Part shown: positions 60,590 to 64,000 of the stretch, piece by piece | How positions within the stretch are numbered: position 1 is the first letter of the stretch | Layout: every line of letters starts with the position of its first letter | Origin: Octopus sinensis | Taxonomy: Eukaryota | DNA length: 64,000 nt | Direction: 5' to 3' | Assembly (NCBI RefSeq): GCF_006345805.1 | Contig: NC_043019.1 | Span: 18,227,360-18,291,359, forward strand | Program-made: the position numbers and the translations under genes | Notes under the pieces: model-generated | The model's database searches: none | Told to the model about the DNA's origin: nothing | Seen by the model: only the letters and a program-made list of their open reading frames with translations

Positions 60590-62089
60590 AAGCCTTTGAC
60601 AAAATAGAAGGGGATATAGCTTCACATGGGGTAGAAGACAACTGGAGGTCTCTAAGGGACAACCTGCTGAGAGCCACTGACCAGATCTGTGGTTGGTGCA
60701 AAGTCCCCTCAAGACCCAAAATAACGTGGTGGTGGTGGAACAATATTGTTGACAGGGCTATTAGACAAAAGAAACAAGCTTGGAAGAACGGTGGTAGCAG
60801 GGAAGTGTATCAGACTGCCAGAAGGGAAGCTAGGAGGCAGGTGTATTTAGCCAGAGGGGAAGCAGATAAGAAAAAATTTGCCAATGTTCTGAGCCGTAAG
60901 GATGAAAGACTTGAAGTATTTCGTGTTGCAAGACAGTGTGTGTGAGAGAATCGTGATGTGGTAGGAGAGAAATGTGTTTGCAATGTCAAAGGAAGGCTAA
61001 CTAGGAAAATAATGTGCAGAGACCAACTTCCACCACATTCCAGGGAGAAAAGCTAGAAATAGTTGATAGCTTTCGTTACCTAGGTGACCAAGTCAGGTGG
61101 GTGTGCTGAGAGTGTAACTGCTAGAGTAAGAATAGCCTGGGCAAAGTTCAGAGAGCTCTTACCCCTGCTGGTGACAAAAGGCCTCTCACTCAGAGTAAAA
61201 GGCAGGCTGTATGATGCATGTGTACGAACAGCCATGCTACATAGTAGTGAAACATGGGCCGTGACTGCTGAGGACATGCATAAGCTCGCAAGAAATGAAG
61301 CCAGTATGCTCCGATGGATGTGTAATGTCAGTGTTCATACTTGACAGAGTGTAAGTACCCTGAGAGAAAAGTTGGACCTAAGAAGCATCAGTTGTGGTGT
61401 GCAAGAGAGACGTTTGCACTGGTATGATCACGTGACGAGAATGGAAGAAGATAGTTGTGTGAAAAAGTACCACACCCTAGCGATTGAGGGAACCCGTGGA
61501 AGAGGTAGACCCAGGAAAACCTGGGACGAGGTGGTGAAGCATGACTTTCGAACTTTAGGTCTCATCGAGGAAATGACTAGAGACTGAGACCTATGGAAAT
61601 ATGCTGTGCGTGAGAAGACCCGGCAGGACAAGTGAGGCCATAACCCATGGCCTCTACCTGGGATGTAGCCAGTCCACTTATGCATACCTTTCCTTCTTGG
61701 GACACAAAACTCTACTTGTGAAGACCTGTTGAGGCAAGTGAAAATCGAAATCGATCAACATCAATGGAAATTATAGCTGTGATACCAGTGCTGGTGGCAC
61801 ATAAGAGAACCATCCGAACGTGGCCGTTGCCGGCCTCGCCTGGCCCCCGTGCCAGTGGCACGTAAAAAGCACCATCTGACCGTGGACGTTTGCCAGCCCT
61901 GTCTGGCACGTAAAAAGCACCCACTACACTTACAGAGTGCTTGGCGTTAGGAAGGGCATCCAGCCGTAGAAACATTGCCAGATCAGACTGGGCCTGGTGC
62001 ATCCTTCTGGCCTCCCAGACCCCAGTTGAACCGTCCAACCCATGCTAGCATGGAAAGCAGACGCTAAATGGTGATGATGATGATGATGA
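60590..62089 (+). mobile_element. RTE LINE, 5'-truncated and RT-deleted, with intact 3' UTR and (GAT)n tail, in BTF3 intron
   Basis: TWWWWNNIVDRAIRQKKQAWK, FRYLGD, ARVRIAWAKFRELLPLL, LYDACVRTAMLHSSETW, RLHWYDHV, RGRGRPRKTW; tail TGATGATGAT to 62090. Confidence 0.9.
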
Positions 62090-64000
62090 TAACACACCTA
62101 TATTTATATGGTTTGGGGTTTGGTCCCACTGCATAGCACGAATGGCAAGTTCTACTATTGTCCTGGGTTAACCAAATTCTTAAGTGTATTTGGCGAATGG
62201 AAGAATACCACCAGGTATACGTTTGTGTTAGTGTCCCCTTGTCTTCGTATTACATAATAGTTGTAAAATATGTTATACAAGCTGTGCATTTCCAATAGTC
62301 TGTGAGAACATGTCTGGCCAGGGAGAAATATTACATTGATTGGAAACAAATAAGGGTTGGTTACTGGGAGGGTTCCCTCTGGCCCTTGTAAACCTGGTCA
62401 AGCAGGCATTAAATGTGTGTGTATCAGCCTCGTCATTTTAGCATCCTCTTTCCATGTTTGCATGGGTTACACAGCATTTATTGAGGCAGATTTTCTACAA
62501 CCGGAAGCCCTTATTTCCAAGCAAGGTAATATTTCCCCCCATGACCCAAAAATGGTTTTTGTAGATAACTGGAAATGAACACCTTCACTTGTATGGTGAT
62601 GATGATGATGTTCATTTGTGGCCAATCCATGTCTAGGCAAAGCCACATACATACAAGTGCTTCTTACAGTTTCCATCTATCAAGTCTATTCACAAGGCTT
62701 TGGTTAGCTTGGGACCATAATAAAAACATGTCCGAGTGCCATGCAGTGGGACTGAACCCAAAACCCATCCAGCTGGGAGACAAACTTCTTAACTGCAGAG
62801 CCATGCCTGGTCCTGTCTTTAAGAAGTTTGTCCTGGAACAACTCTGCAGTTTCTGGCATTCATTCCCACCTCGTCGACACTATCAGCTGGTGTCGTTGTC
62901 TTCAATAGCCACAGATTGACTTGTGAACGGAATTTGCGTGATGGAAACTGAAGAACTTCCCAGATTCAGATGTGGGGCCAAAGTGCAGTTCCAAACTTGT
63001 TTCTAATCCTCCTCATCCTCTTCATGCTTTTTCTGAGGTAAAGCAAAGCCGAAATATTGAAGAAAACAACAGCAAGAGGAAATGCTTGTGGTAGATCTTT
63101 TGTCAGGAAGTGATTCTGACTGGGTGGACCACCCCCTAAGAATGGATTGTTTAACAGGAACGGGTCTTGATTCTATCTTCATTAAATACATGAATATGTT
63201 GATGACAATGCTACTCTCTCTTTTAGGGAACTGAAGAAATCAGTCCATATACTTCTGAAAAGCAAGTAGCATATAAACGATTAGATATCTAACCCTGTAC
63301 CCTTATGCCATGAGTAGGCGACTTGACCAAATTGCCTGGCTGTCTCACAAGCTTGGCTCGGTTTTTACTTTCTAGTCCCTTCCTAAGACTATGTTGACAG
63401 TGAAGTGACAGAAGAGAAACATGAGCCAGAATATCAGAAATGTGTGGGTAGGGTGACAGTGATTTCGTGTATTGAAGTTGGTTAAACATTTCTCAGGGAC
63501 ATTATTTTCTATTGATCTCTATATTCAACAACGAAACTGAAAGTGTGCATCGGGGTGTCATTTGTAAACATTCTAATCATCATTATTTATGCTTCCACTT
63601 AAGAGTTTGTTTAGAATTTTGTGTTTTATTGAGCAGCAAAATCCTTAACCTTTGTCAACGTTTTATGTCCATGTTGATGGCATCATTAGTACAGGAGAGC
63701 TTGTACTGGATGTGTCGTCTAACACAGGACCTGTTTACAATCCCGACGCGGGGACATTAATCTGCTTGCCTTGATTGTCTGTTAATGAGTTCTGTTAATC
63801 TGTCTTTAGTAGTTGGGTTCAGGTGTGGCGAGCTAAAAGAAGTAACCTGTAGAATTATGCAAAATGGAATCTAACAACAAAAGGTAACAAACTGAGGAGT
63901 TCATAGAGTTTGGAGTTCAAATCCATTAGGGCCATCTCCCTGGGAACTATGTTAAGGGTGTGCTTGTCTGTGGAACACTCAGCCACTTGCACATTAATTT

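Noticed and set aside
62950-63420. Possible RT remnant on the minus strand (SRPVPVKQSILRG)
   Set aside because: Only one loose motif resemblance, too decayed to call.
60324-64000. Expected next BTF3 exon (VNM...VIHFNNPKVQAS-like)
   Set aside because: Not found in the remaining sequence; it presumably lies beyond the window, so BTF3 is reported as partial rather than as a pseudogene.

Overview
This is AT-rich, repeat-dense eukaryotic genomic DNA. The SINE and RTE-tail families look like those of octopus/coleoid cephalopods, which is my inference from recognising them, not a database result. Two protein-coding genes lie head-to-head. (1) A complete NASP (SHNi-TPR / N1-N2 histone chaperone) gene is on the minus strand, with 16 coding exons from 44495 down to 17214. 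The exons splice in frame with GT-AG ends to 1476 nt, i.e. 491 aa. (2) A BTF3 / NAC-beta gene is on the plus strand, with a probable non-coding first exon ending at 45240 and coding exons at 58540-58602 and 60210-60323; the rest lies beyond the window. Almost none of the supplied six-frame ORFs are real genes. The rest of the window is decayed tRNA-derived SINEs, RTE, R4/Dong-like and CR1/L2-like LINE remnants, Tc1/mariner relics, MITEs, foldbacks and microsatellites. The most notable observations are a U12-type minor intron in NASP, a CpG-rich internal promoter/alternative first exon in NASP intron 5 that would give an N-truncated isoform, a shared NASP-BTF3 bidirectional promoter, a 71-nt pre-miRNA-like hairpin in BTF3 intron 1, alternative NASP C-termini, and a foldback element built around a tRNA-like head. 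All of this was read by hand: exon coordinates were checked for frame, while repeat boundaries are approximate.
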